Shown here one piece after another: positions 1-10,900 of a stretch of 64,000 bases of DNA. The first letter of the stretch is position 1, and the number at the start of each line of letters is the position of its first letter. This stretch comes from a virus (taxonomy: Duplodnaviria > Heunggongvirae > Uroviricota > Caudoviricetes), in the IMG/VR virus record IMGVR_UViG_3300028888_000044, positions 195,539 to 259,538 of that record; one strand, given 5' to 3'. Below the pieces are notes generated by a model. The model saw only the letters and a list, made by a program, of their open reading frames with translations, did no database searches and had not been told where the DNA came from. Made by a program: the position numbers and the translations under genes.

Positions 1-141
1 ATAATCATTATAGTCTTGTTCCAAATAATCACTATACATATCGTCATCACTCATTGGATTTTGGAAATTGTCATCTGCCATCCAAGCATCTTCGTCTTGA
101 TGGTAAAATTCTCTTAATGATTTCTTCTTTCTTAATTTCAT
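1..141 (-). CDS. hypothetical protein, partial (MKLRKKKSLREFYHQDED...), runs off window
   Basis: Read by eye; ATG overlaps the TGA of the 138-296 ORF. Confidence 0.5.
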   Translation of the reverse strand, partial: MKLRKKKSLREFYHQDEDAWMADDNFQNPMSDDDMYSDYLEQDYNDY

Positions 142-296
142 AACTTAAATGGGTTAATATAGTCTTTTATTTCGTAAAAATAATTATATGCGCCATACCA
201 ATAGTTGGTCTCATTTTCAATGTCACTTGGTTTGTATGTTTCATATATATGACGAAGAAGCAATTCCTCGTCTGTCAATTTCTTACTGTTAACCAT
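138..296 (-). CDS. small hypothetical protein (52 aa, MVNSKKLTDEELLLRHIYE...)
   Basis: Read by eye; TATTTAT motif on the - strand at 313-319 upstream. Confidence 0.55.
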   Translation of the reverse strand: MVNSKKLTDEELLLRHIYETYKPSDIENETNYWYGAYNYFYEIKDYINPFKL

Positions 297-367
297 AAAA
301 TAATATTTTAATATAAATATTTTGTTTTAATTAAAAAAATATATATATTATAGTAAAAATCATAATT

Positions 368-1402
368 ATGAACATTTTAGTAACTGGAGCAATGGGGCAA
401 TTGGGTACTTGCATAATGAAGTCAAGAGAAGCCAAAAAGGGAATATATTTTTATACAGACATTAACGGTAAACCAAAGGAGAACGGCATCGAAAAATTGG
501 ATATAACAAACAAAGACCAAGTTGATGCATTCATTGAAAACCATAATATAGACGTTGTAATAAACTGTGCCGCATATACAAATGTTGAAGGGGCAGAATC
601 ACACGAGGTGGCAGCGCATTTACTTAATGCAGAAGCCCCAAGAATTCTTGCTGAAGCAATCAAGAAGAGAAACGGATGGTTGATACAAATATCTACAGAC
701 TATGTGTTTGGTGAGGAACAATATGATACACCTTGTACAGAAGAAATGAAAGGAACACCCTTGGGGGTTTATGGCATTACCAAGAAGAGAGGTGAACAGT
801 TGATAATTGAAAGCGGTTGTAAATACTTGATTATAAGAACATCGTGGCTTTACTGTGAATATGGTCATAACTTCTGCAAGACAATACTTGACAAGTTGGC
901 TACTTCTGATGCACCTTTGAAGGTTGTAAATGACCAGAGAGGTACACCAACATATGCAAGGTCTTTGGCAAATGCAATTCTGAAGATAGTCAACAGATAC
1001 TTGCCAAACGAAGACAGCGAAAAATATGTCGGTATCTACAACTATTCAAACGAAGGAGAATGTACTTGGTATGAATTTGCTTGCGCTATAAGGGCAAAGA
1101 AAAGTGAGACAGAAAGCAATCTTGCTGAAATTCTTCCTTGCTCTTCAAGTGAATATCAAAGCAAGGTCAAGAGACCGTCATATTCAGTATTGAGCAAGAA
1201 AAAGATAAAGGACACGTTTGACTTGCATATTCAGAATTGGGTATTGGATTTGGACTTGTGCATTGACTTGATGGATGTACATTCTATTATGGAAACACTA
1301 CATACAATATTTACAAAGAAGGAACAAGAGGAATTTGATAAAAATTCAATTGGAAGCGGAAAGCAATCAAATAGGCTTGATGAACCAATATATTTGAAAT
1401 GA
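368..1402 (+). CDS. rfbD: dTDP-4-dehydrorhamnose reductase
   Basis: ILVTGAMGQLG Rossmann motif, NCAAYTNV, STDYVF, YxxxK (YGITK), DQRGTPT, RPSYSVL. Confidence 0.93.
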   Translation: MNILVTGAMGQLGTCIMKSREAKKGIYFYTDINGKPKENGIEKLDITNKDQVDAFIENHNIDVVINCAAYTNVEGAESHEVAAHLLNAEAPRILAEAIKKRNGWLIQISTDYVFGEEQYDTPCTEEMKGTPLGVYGITKKRGEQLIIESGCKYLIIRTSWLYCEYGHNFCKTILDKLATSDAPLKVVNDQRGTPTYARSLANAILKIVNRYLPNEDSEKYVGIYNYSNEGECTWYEFACAIRAKKSETESNLAEILPCSSSEYQSKVKRPSYSVLSKKKIKDTFDLHIQNWVLDLDLCIDLMDVHSIMETLHTIFTKKEQEEFDKNSIGSGKQSNRLDEPIYLK

Positions 1403-1403
1403 T

Positions 1404-2405
1404 ATGACTTATTTTCTACAAACATTACAAGGTATATTGTCTTCTTTTTTAGGTGAACCCAAAAGAGATATTAACGAAAGCGGACAGTTGCAGTTCGGAT
1501 GTCCAAAGTGTGCTGAAAATTTCGGCAACAGTGAACTTGACAAATACAATCTTGAGGTAAACGTAAGAAACGGAAAATTCAATTGCTGGAAATGTAGTTC
1601 AGTACACGATGAAATGCATGGGTCTGTATACAAGCTGATTAGAATGTACGGAAACGAGACGATTCTAAAGCAGTATAAGGACGCAATACGAGACTTCAAG
1701 AAAAGTAAACTATATGAACTTAATTTTGTCACTGATGATTTTGCTGATGAAAATCAGTTTGAAGAAGAAGGTGTAAGGCTTCCAAGAACGTATCACAAGC
1801 TGACTGAAACAGATACAAAACCAATTGAATACTTAAAAAGCAGAGGTATTGATTGGGACATTATCGAAGAATATGACATAGGAGTAACCGCATACGAAGA
1901 CAAGGATAAGATTTGTTCGAACAGAATCATTTTACCGTCAAGAAGTATATTAGGTACTATTGATTATTGGACTGGTAGGGATTATACAAAGAAAAGCAAA
2001 CAGAAGTACTATAACCCAAAGGTTGAACGTAAGGATATAATATTCAATGAGTACAAACTTCAAATGGATGCTGATATTACACTCGTTGAAGGACCTTTCG
2101 ACCATATTGTTGTACCAAATTCAGTTCCTTTGTTAGGTAAACAACTTAAAACAGATTTTGCCATTTATAACAAACTTATGTCTTATGCAAACGCAAATGT
2201 AAACATATTCCTTGACGGTGATGCATTTGAGGATGCCAAGAAGATATATGCATTATTGAATCAAGGAAGGCTACAAGGAAAGGTAAGATATATTCCAGTT
2301 AATGAGGAATTTGACCCATCAGAAATATATAGAGTATATGGCAAAAAAGGAATTATAACTTGTTTGAAAAATGCAACAACTATAAGCAATGTATATTTGA
2401 CATAA
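1404..2405 (+). CDS. phage DNA primase (Zn finger + Toprim)
   Basis: CPKC...CWKC zinc ligands, YLKSRGI, KYYNP, LVEGPFD, LDGDA (DxD). Confidence 0.85.
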   Translation: MTYFLQTLQGILSSFLGEPKRDINESGQLQFGCPKCAENFGNSELDKYNLEVNVRNGKFNCWKCSSVHDEMHGSVYKLIRMYGNETILKQYKDAIRDFKKSKLYELNFVTDDFADENQFEEEGVRLPRTYHKLTETDTKPIEYLKSRGIDWDIIEEYDIGVTAYEDKDKICSNRIILPSRSILGTIDYWTGRDYTKKSKQKYYNPKVERKDIIFNEYKLQMDADITLVEGPFDHIVVPNSVPLLGKQLKTDFAIYNKLMSYANANVNIFLDGDAFEDAKKIYALLNQGRLQGKVRYIPVNEEFDPSEIYRVYGKKGIITCLKNATTISNVYLT

Positions 2406-2445
2406 AAAAAAAGAACACTATCCAATTAGTGTTCTTTTTTTTTTA
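2404..2445. terminator. bidirectional intrinsic terminator
   Basis: A-run-GAACACTA-loop-TAGTGTTC-T-run between convergent genes. Confidence 0.85.
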
Positions 2446-3195
2446 TAAGTTGATTTCCCTATGGTCGCATCTATCCCAATATTCAATGTCAAAGCTTACC
2501 TTGTTATCTTCAACGACAATATTGGTTGTCTTCATATCAAGTTCACCGTGCCTTTGCTTGTTAAGAAAACCATAACAAGCTATATATGCGTCAGATGCAT
2601 CGAAATTTTCCTTTTTAAGTTCACCTTGCTTGTTGTAAATCCAAGGTATTTCTGGAAAAATTTCAGCAACATTCTGTTGAAGTACACTTTTCTTGTCTGT
2701 ATCCCAAGGATATTCACCAAATAGCACAAGATTACCCTTTTTTATACTACTTATTACCTTTTCCTTTGCATATTTGCTTCCGTTCTTTCCAAAACGTCTG
2801 ATAGCCATCAAGCTTGGGAATGAATATTTTCTAGCCTCATAGCTTGAAATATAGTCTGGTACAATTCCTAAAACCTTGTACACAGATTCAGAAATCATTC
2901 CATTGAATCGCAACAATGTGCTTACGGTAATTGAATTTGTTGAACTTATAAGTGGTTCTTCGATAACAACTTGACTAATATTTACATCTTTCAGTTTCAA
3001 TAAAAAATCATTTGTAAATATTTCATCTTTCAAGAACAATGATTTTATACTTTTTTCCTTTTTTGGTATTTTGGGAACAATATGAGTTAACTCTATTATC
3101 TTACCATATTCTGAACCGTCATCCATAAGGAGGCAGCATCCTATGCACTGTGTAGAAACGTCTAAGCCTAGTATAATATTATTACTATTTTCCAT
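2443..3195 (-). CDS. RuvC-like Holliday junction resolvase
   Basis: GLDVST, VVIEEP, DASDA acidic motifs of the RNase H/RuvC fold. Confidence 0.7.
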   Translation of the reverse strand: MENSNNIILGLDVSTQCIGCCLLMDDGSEYGKIIELTHIVPKIPKKEKSIKSLFLKDEIFTNDFLLKLKDVNISQVVIEEPLISSTNSITVSTLLRFNGMISESVYKVLGIVPDYISSYEARKYSFPSLMAIRRFGKNGSKYAKEKVISSIKKGNLVLFGEYPWDTDKKSVLQQNVAEIFPEIPWIYNKQGELKKENFDASDAYIACYGFLNKQRHGELDMKTTNIVVEDNKVSFDIEYWDRCDHREINL

Positions 3196-3313
3196 ATTTT
3201 TATTATATTATAATATTTTATATAATAAAATATAATATTATTAAAATAAAAAGTAAATATTTTTTTTTATTTAAAAAAAATAAATTATATAATTATTAAA
3301 AAATGTTAATTTA

Positions 3314-3607
3314 ATGAATTTTTCAATAAATGACAAATTGTACAATAACATATTGGAATATTGCAAACTGAATCACATAGAGGACATTGAATCTGAAATT
3401 AACAGGTTAATTGAGATAGGCTTCAATGTAGATAAATATGGGAACAAACCTTTTGTTAAGTTCCAATCAGAGAATACTATGAAAGATGAGGCAAAAAACA
3501 ATATCGAGGAAACCAAATCAGAAACAATTGATGAAAGTTCTATACAGAGTGAGGAAGAGAAACAGCCAAAGAATAGGAAAAGAACAGTTCGTATCATTAA
3601 AAATTAA
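3314..3607 (+). CDS. hypothetical protein
   Basis: ORF directly upstream of the SbcC-like gene. Confidence 0.65.
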   Translation: MNFSINDKLYNNILEYCKLNHIEDIESEINRLIEIGFNVDKYGNKPFVKFQSENTMKDEAKNNIEETKSETIDESSIQSEEEKQPKNRKRTVRIIKN

Positions 3608-3616
3608 ATTCAAGGG

Positions 3617-5986
3617 ATGACAGATATAGGTAAAAAAGCAAAAGTTCAAATCACATGGAAAGTAAGTCCATATGAATATACTCAAGATGCGGTTCTTGAT
3701 ATAATAGGTAAATTCAGTAAGAAATATGGAATACCTAAAGATTCGATAAGGGTTACTCCAATATTCACCATATTGGATGGTGTTGACACAATTGAATGTG
3801 CAAGTGGTATTATTGAAAATATTCAAAATCCTGAATTTCAGCAAGGTTTATTCAAGGAATACATATCTAACAATAATATTGAAGGTATTAACTTCAACGA
3901 CATACAATCAATTGACAATGATATAAATTATATGGTTGGTGTTGATAACAATACGAAGATGCAGAGATATGAAATCAAGTGGATAAAGTGGAGCAATTTC
4001 TTGTCTTATGGTAAAGACAACTATTTTGATTTCAGAAACTTGAATGGTCTTGTGTTGTTAAATGGAGACCCTTCAAATCAGAGTGGCAAAACAACATTCG
4101 CTATTGATTTGATACGTTTCTTGCTGTTCGGTAATACCAAAAAGGCTACAAAGCAAGAAAAGATTTTCAATATTTGGCTCAAAGAGGAAACAACAGTCAG
4201 TGTTGAAGGTTGTATTTGCATCAACGGTTGTGATTATATAATAAAGAGAACGTTGACAAGACCGCAGTACAAGAAGAGGACATCAAAAAGCAAGACAACA
4301 CAGAAGGTTGAATACTACAAGATTGTTGGTGGAACAGAAGAGGAACTTGAAGATTATGTTGATGAGCTTCAAGAGGAAAACACAGCAAAGACTAACAAGG
4401 TTATAAAGGATGCCATCGGAAATGAAAGTGACTTTGAATTGACAATATGTGCCACAAGCGAGAACATTGATGACTTGATTGAGAAGAAAGATACAGAAAG
4501 AGGAAGAATTCTTTCAAGATGGATTGGGCTTGTCCCTATTGAAAGGAAGGAAGAAATAGCAAAGGAGAAATTCAACAAGGACATAAATCCAAGTCTTCTT
4601 ATCAACAAGTTCAATGAAGAGGAATTGAAGTCAAGAATACAAGAATGTAACGAGAAGATTGGTGTATATTCAGCAGAAATAGAAAAACTGACATCTGAAA
4701 AGAATTCTCTTGATACGCTAATCAAAAAGACTTGTGAAACAAGGGATGCTCTTGTTGCGGCAAGAAAGGATATAAGCGATGCAGCAGAAAACATTGACAT
4801 TACTTCTCTTGAAAGGTCTATCGAGACCATAACCCAAAGAGGTACTTCGTTGAGAGCAAAGATTGCAGAAATAGGTAAACAGATTGAAGAAATTAACATA
4901 GGAACTTTTTCAGAGGATGAATATGAACGGCTTGTAAATGAGAAGCTTGAAAAATCAAGTAGTCTTTCTGTTTCAAGGAACGATTACAAGCATCTTTTGC
5001 AGAACAAGGAGGATTTAAAGAGGGGTGAGTATTGCCCTACTTGTGGAAGAAAACTTGACAATATAGACAATTCAGCCAGAATTGCTGAAATAGAAGAACG
5101 TATTGGCAATACAATGGCAATAGGCACTCAATTATCAAAGGAGGTTGCGGAACTTGATAAGAAGATTGATTCAATGAAACAGTCGAGAGAAAACTTCAAC
5201 TTGAAATCAAAGCTTAAGATTGACAAGTCTGCATATGAGGTACAGATTGAGCAGTTGAGGAACGAACTTAGAGACAAGTTGCAGTTGAGGAAGGAGTATA
5301 TCAGCAACAAGGAGGCAATAGAAACAAATATGCAGTTGCAGCTCAAGATTAGGAATATTGAAATCGAGCTTATAAACTATAGGAACACAAAGGAAAAGAA
5401 CACTATTTGCATTTCACAAATGGAAACTGATATAAAGAACCTTAAGAGTACAATTGAAGAAATAAACTCAATTATTGACAAGATGAAGGAGGAACGTCAA
5501 ATTGTAAAGAATTGGAAGCTGTATCTTGATATGATTGGCAAGAATGGTATTACAAAGATGGTTCTTCGTAGGGCTTTACCAATCATTAATGCCCAGTTGG
5601 TACATTTACTTTCAGATGTTTGTGACTTCGATGTAGATATAAGCATAACTGATAAAAACGAGGTTAATTTTAATATTCTTAAGGAGAATACGGTTTCTGA
5701 CATAAGCTGTGCAAGTGGTTTTGAAAAGACAGCAGCAGCGCTTGCATTAAGATTCGTATTGGCAAAGAACAGTGTCCTTCCAAAGCCAAATTACATTGTC
5801 CTTGATGAAGTGCTGTCAAGGGTTGCAAATGACAATCTTGACAACATAAGCTTGATTTTGGATAGGATAAAGGATGAATATTCATTCATCTTGATAGTTA
5901 CACATAATGAATATTTCAAGGAAAAGGCAAATTCCATCATAACTGTTACCAAGAAGGACAACATTTCTATGTTGAAGATTCAGTGA
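3617..5986 (+). CDS. SbcC/Rad50 (T4 gp46-like) ABC ATPase
   Basis: NFLSYG, Walker A NQSGKTT, coiled coil, CPTC zinc hook, signature ASGFEK, Walker B IVLDE, H-loop IVTH. Confidence 0.9.
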   Translation: MTDIGKKAKVQITWKVSPYEYTQDAVLDIIGKFSKKYGIPKDSIRVTPIFTILDGVDTIECASGIIENIQNPEFQQGLFKEYISNNNIEGINFNDIQSIDNDINYMVGVDNNTKMQRYEIKWIKWSNFLSYGKDNYFDFRNLNGLVLLNGDPSNQSGKTTFAIDLIRFLLFGNTKKATKQEKIFNIWLKEETTVSVEGCICINGCDYIIKRTLTRPQYKKRTSKSKTTQKVEYYKIVGGTEEELEDYVDELQEENTAKTNKVIKDAIGNESDFELTICATSENIDDLIEKKDTERGRILSRWIGLVPIERKEEIAKEKFNKDINPSLLINKFNEEELKSRIQECNEKIGVYSAEIEKLTSEKNSLDTLIKKTCETRDALVAARKDISDAAENIDITSLERSIETITQRGTSLRAKIAEIGKQIEEINIGTFSEDEYERLVNEKLEKSSSLSVSRNDYKHLLQNKEDLKRGEYCPTCGRKLDNIDNSARIAEIEERIGNTMAIGTQLSKEVAELDKKIDSMKQSRENFNLKSKLKIDKSAYEVQIEQLRNELRDKLQLRKEYISNKEAIETNMQLQLKIRNIEIELINYRNTKEKNTICISQMETDIKNLKSTIEEINSIIDKMKEERQIVKNWKLYLDMIGKNGITKMVLRRALPIINAQLVHLLSDVCDFDVDISITDKNEVNFNILKENTVSDISCASGFEKTAAALALRFVLAKNSVLPKPNYIVLDEVLSRVANDNLDNISLILDRIKDEYSFILIVTHNEYFKEKANSIITVTKKDNISMLKIQ

Positions 5987-6019
5987 TAATTAATAAGATT
6001 GTTTAACTTTTAAAATATA

Positions 6020-6727
6020 ATGGCAAATGGATATATTAATGATTTTACACCAACAGTAAAAACATATTATAAGGAGCTTACCAAATGCAAACCAATTTCA
6101 AAGGACGAGGAAAGTAATCTTATGGTTAGGGCAAAGAACAACGACCTTAATGCAAAGAACAAGATACTTTCTTCGAACCTTAGGTTTGTGTTTGATGTGG
6201 CAAAGAGATACAAGGGATATGGTGTTCCAATGGATGATTTGATTTCGGAAGGAAACCTTGGTCTGATACACGCTTTTGACAAGTTTGATGAGAAAAAGGG
6301 ATATAAATTCATTTCGTATGCTGTGTGGTGGATTAATTTTTACATCAAGAATTTCATAGAGAAGAGAAAGAACATTGAATTACACGAAGTTTCAAGTGAT
6401 GATTTATTACCTACGAATCCAAGTAATATTACCCCACAAGAACAAGAAGATACAGATGATAACACGTTTGGTATTGACATTACGAATGAGGAAGATATTG
6501 AAGAGACAGAGGCTGCTGATGAACAGAGGGAGATTGTTGAACGTCTTCTTGGAAAGCTTGATATTAGAGAGAGACAGATATTACAATACTGTTTTGGCAT
6601 AGGTAATAAGAAACCACTGACTTTGAAGGAATGCGGATGCTTGTTGGGAATATCTCAAGAGAGGGTGAGGCAAGTTAAAGAAAAATCATTGCTTAAATTG
6701 AAGTCAGAGGCATTGCTTTTGAGTTGA
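6020..6727 (+). CDS. sigma-70 family RNA polymerase sigma factor
   Basis: NLRFVFDVAKRY, DLISEGNLGL, KFISYAVWWI, region 4 TLKECG..ISQERVRQ. Confidence 0.92.
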   Translation: MANGYINDFTPTVKTYYKELTKCKPISKDEESNLMVRAKNNDLNAKNKILSSNLRFVFDVAKRYKGYGVPMDDLISEGNLGLIHAFDKFDEKKGYKFISYAVWWINFYIKNFIEKRKNIELHEVSSDDLLPTNPSNITPQEQEDTDDNTFGIDITNEEDIEETEAADEQREIVERLLGKLDIRERQILQYCFGIGNKKPLTLKECGCLLGISQERVRQVKEKSLLKLKSEALLLS

Positions 6728-6732
6728 TAATA

Positions 6733-6739
6733 TATTTAT
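6733..6739 (+). promoter_or_regulatory. putative late promoter motif TATTTAT (also 7917, 17841, 22541, 29583, 32985, 63048; - strand 313, 45349, 53802)
   Basis: Same heptamer about 15-35 nt upstream of the starts of putative virion/late genes; an AT-only motif, so weak in isolation. Confidence 0.5.
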
Positions 6740-6755
6740 TATTAAAATAGTTAAT

Positions 6756-7163
6756 ATGGCAAAGAAGAAAAATATAAACGTAGAAGAAGAATCTACAGTA
6801 AAACAAGTTAAAGGTTCTAAATCAAAGAAGAGTTCAACAAAACAAATTGAAGAGGCACAACAAATTGTAGAGACCGCAATTATCGACCCTCTTATTACAA
6901 TTGCAGATGTAGATGAAGCCGAATCTGTAACTGTAACAGAAACAACATTGGTTGCAGACGAAACACCACTCAAGATAATTGATGAATACGTTGAACCATT
7001 TGTTGAAGAACCTAAAAAGGAAGTTGAAATCCACAAGGAGGTTGTTAAGACTGAACCTAAAAAAGTTAAAGTTGCTGTAAAAAATAAACCTAAAAATAGA
7101 AAGATAAACAGTGTGTTTGGTGATTTTACATATAATTGGAATGGTCAAAGCATAGAGTATTAA
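6756..7163 (+). CDS. hypothetical Lys/Glu-rich protein
   Basis: ORF track; low complexity. Confidence 0.7.
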   Translation: MAKKKNINVEEESTVKQVKGSKSKKSSTKQIEEAQQIVETAIIDPLITIADVDEAESVTVTETTLVADETPLKIIDEYVEPFVEEPKKEVEIHKEVVKTEPKKVKVAVKNKPKNRKINSVFGDFTYNWNGQSIEY

Positions 7164-7166
7164 ATT

Positions 7167-7727
7167 ATGAAGAAGGATTATACAAGAAAGATGCTTGAGA
7201 CAATAAGGGAAAGTGTCTCTAGTGTACAGAAAGAAAGAAAGAAACCAGATGTACCTATCCTTGAAGAGGATAAGGAAATGTCAATGGTTGAAGCAGCAGA
7301 CTACCTTATGAGCAGACAAGAGAAGGGGTTTCTGTTGGAAGAGGAAGACAACGATAGCTCAAAGGAAGAATTCGTGATAACAAATAAGACACCGCAGTTC
7401 GGTGATGTGTTTACATCTCAAGAGGACACACTAAAGAAGACAATCGGTGAAGGAATAGAGCTAGGTGAAAAGGCATTAGTGTTCTATCCAAAGGACAAGG
7501 ACTTGGTTTTGAGCGGCAAGATAAATTCAATGAGCATTGCATTCCAATTCAGATATGCTGACCCATCTGGTGATGGTGTATACATATGGGCAAATGGTTT
7601 GCAATTGACAGAATCAAATTCAAGGACAATAGGTAAGATACGTGATGCGTTCACAAATTGGAAACAAGGGTTGGTGCAGAACGGTGATTTGATGGATAAA
7701 TTATATAAAGTAGCGACTAAAAAATAA
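7167..7727 (+). CDS. hypothetical protein (IRES/ILEE/LLEE motifs, possible head protein)
   Basis: ORF track. Confidence 0.7.
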   Translation: MKKDYTRKMLETIRESVSSVQKERKKPDVPILEEDKEMSMVEAADYLMSRQEKGFLLEEEDNDSSKEEFVITNKTPQFGDVFTSQEDTLKKTIGEGIELGEKALVFYPKDKDLVLSGKINSMSIAFQFRYADPSGDGVYIWANGLQLTESNSRTIGKIRDAFTNWKQGLVQNGDLMDKLYKVATKK

Positions 7728-7732
7728 CTAAT

Positions 7733-7888
7733 ATGGGTATTCAAAGATTTACCAACAAGAAGAAGACTGTTTCATTACCTAACAGTAGGCTTAATACATT
7801 AATGCGAAAGAATGCACTTATTGAAAAAATGGAAGCAAGAATCCAACAAGACAAACACAACAAAAATAAGTCTTGCATATGGAAGTAA
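7733..7888 (+). CDS. small basic hypothetical protein (51 aa, MGIQRFTNKKK...)
   Basis: Read by eye; 5 nt after the previous stop. Confidence 0.5.
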   Translation: MGIQRFTNKKKTVSLPNSRLNTLMRKNALIEKMEARIQQDKHNKNKSCIWK

Positions 7889-7953
7889 AATTATAACCTA
7901 AAACAAGTTTCAATTATATTTATTTTATATAATTGAAACTTATTTTTTTGTAT

Positions 7954-10900
7954 ATGAAATACAACAATATTATATCAGAGAGCTTGCGTGACTATGTTAG
8001 ACAGTCATTGATAACTGAAGAAGATTCACGCATCAAAGGTACTAAGAATGCAATAAAGAGGTGCGTTGCAACAATTATCAAGGAAGACATTAACAGTGAA
8101 AATGTACAGAATTTATCATCTGAAATATGGAATTATTATGTGGTAAAACCAATTGCAGGAGAAAATCGTCAGCTTGACGAATATATTGCAATTAGAAATA
8201 ATTCTACTATATTGGTTAAAAGCGTGGTTAAGTACGATAACTGGGATGACGAGTTTTATGTGCTAAAGTACAAAAGATTACGTGATAACTTTGAAAGATT
8301 GATACAATCTCAAAGGATTGATAATAAGTCAAGTATAATTGATAATGAAAAAGGTAATATTCATCATTGGGCAACAAATAGGCAAGTTGAAGATTTGAAA
8401 GCTAGTGAAAATACAAATAACGGAAGATATAAATACACAGCTTACAAAATTGATGATTATGACACACCAATTGAAGGATTGGGAATGACTATTATTGAAC
8501 TTGGAATGTATACTGGTGGTCAAGGCTCAGTACCATTGTGCTATACTCAATCTGAAGATACGTATAACCAATATACAGATGATAATAAATATGCAATATA
8601 TGCTTTGTTGCGAGATGGATGGCAAGATGAACCATGTGAGATTGGTGAAAACTATCCATTGGACAGTTATGGGCTTTCAATGATATTTGTAATTGTAGAT
8701 GATAAAAACAAGGTGGTATACAATAATGTAAGATGGAATCACGGTCCTCAACATTACAGTAGAGATGTTGACCATATATTGTCATTTACTGAATTGAATG
8801 ATATTGTTGGTAGTTCCTTGATGCATAAGATTGGAGTTCAAAATGAAATGGACAAGTCTTTTTCATTGACTAAAGACGTTGAATCAAGATTACAACAAGG
8901 TGAATCTCCTTCTCAAATATTTGATTCATTTAATGAATATGATTTAAGATATAATCGATTGGCTCGTGTTAAGTATAAAGGTATGTATAATTACCTAACA
9001 AGCAACTATGACATTTTCAGCGATATTTGGTTTGATAGCGCTTATAGTTTTAGAGAAGGTGTAGCAATGGTTGAAATCAATAGGCTCCGTAATTACTTGA
9101 AAGAAGATGGTACGTTTGTCTATAACAAACCAATAGACGAATGGTTAGACTATGCATTTCCTTTTAGTGATGGGTTGGCTTGTGTTGAAGTTAACTTTAA
9201 ATATAACTTTATGCGAAAAGATGGCTCCATGTTGTTGGATAAATGGTATGATAATGCTGTGCCATTTGATGATGGGTATGGAACAGTATGCGATGATAAA
9301 AAATGGAATGTAATTGATACTAAAGGAAATTTCATGTGGGAAGAATTCAAGTTTGTAGATTGTAGAATATTATTCCCACCTAATGAATTCGGCTGTTATA
9401 ATGTGTCTACTACTAATGGTTGGAACTATCTTAATAAGAATTTACAACCAATGTCAAAAGAATATTTTGATAATTGTTTATACATGGAGAAACTAAAAAA
9501 TGATTTTGTTATTATTAGAACTACTATCAAACCATTTAAATATATTGGAACTGATGGAATTTTGCATGATGAGCCACAAGATTTAACCCCAATAATATCG
9601 AACAACAATCCATCAATGCTTACTGAAGACCGCAAGCAACAGATTAGGTCAATCAGAAACAAGATACGTGATGTTATAATAAGAAAGACTAGCGTTTTGA
9701 AAAATTTTGACCAATCAAAAATAGAGCAATTGGTTGATGATGTATGGAACAAGTATGTTGAACACCCTAATAATGGAGAAAAACGTCAGAATGACGAAAT
9801 TACAATCATAAATCAGAACATTCAAAGATTTGTTCCATTTGTAATTTCAACAAGAGATGGCAATGTTGAAATTGTTAAGACAAGAAAATTGAGTAATTGT
9901 TGGGAAAACTTCATACAAGCGCAAAAGCAGAATAAAGGTGTTGATTTGCTTGGTGATGACAATATTGTTTATTGGAATGCAAAGAACGAATATGATGAAG
10001 CATTGAAGTCAGTAAGAAATACAGAATATGAAGGAAGTTATAATTATACTGCATATAAGATTGATGACTACGATACCCCAATTGAAGGTTTGGGAATGAC
10101 ACTTCAAGAGCTTGGACTGTATACTGGCGGACAAGGTGCTGTTCCTTTGTGCTATACACAAAGTGATGATACATATTATGATTATACAATGGATGGCAAC
10201 TACAATATGTATGCGTTACTACGTGATGGATGGAAGGGTGAAAAATGTGAAATTGGGAAAGACTATCCATTGGACAGTTATGGACTCTCAATGATATTTG
10301 TCATTGTGAACAATAATGGATATATTAAGAACAGTAACGTAAGGTGGAATCACGGACCAGAACATTATACAAGAAGTGTTGACCATATTTTATCATATAA
10401 TGAATTGGCTAAGCTTGTTGGTAGCAACATAATGAAACAAATTGGGTCTAACTATGATGTTGATAATATTTCACTACGTTTAACATTTAATGTTGAACAA
10501 GCACAAGCAGAAGGAGCATCCATTTATGATATAGTTGAAGATACTTTTGAATGGTTCGAAGGATTCCAGATGATTAAATATAATGATAAGTACAATTTCA
10601 TAGATGAATCAGAGGAATTGTTATGTGATGATTGGTTTGATGGCGGTGGAGATTTTAAAAATGGTTATGCTCGTGTATGCAAAGAAGACAAATGGAATTT
10701 AATAGACCGAAATGGAAACTTTGTGTGGCCTTATGAAGACCCTAATGAGTGGTTTGATTTAGTATGGGAGTTTGAATACGGTTTTGCAAAAGTAACCAAA
10801 AACGGAATGGAGAATGTGATGCGGACTGATGGTACGTTAGTATGGAATACTTTAAATACTGATGATTGGTTTAATTTTGTTTATCCATTTAGAGATAAAG

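Noticed and set aside
3196-3313. Extremely AT-rich stretch as replication origin
   Set aside because: Explained by divergent promoters; no iterons visible.
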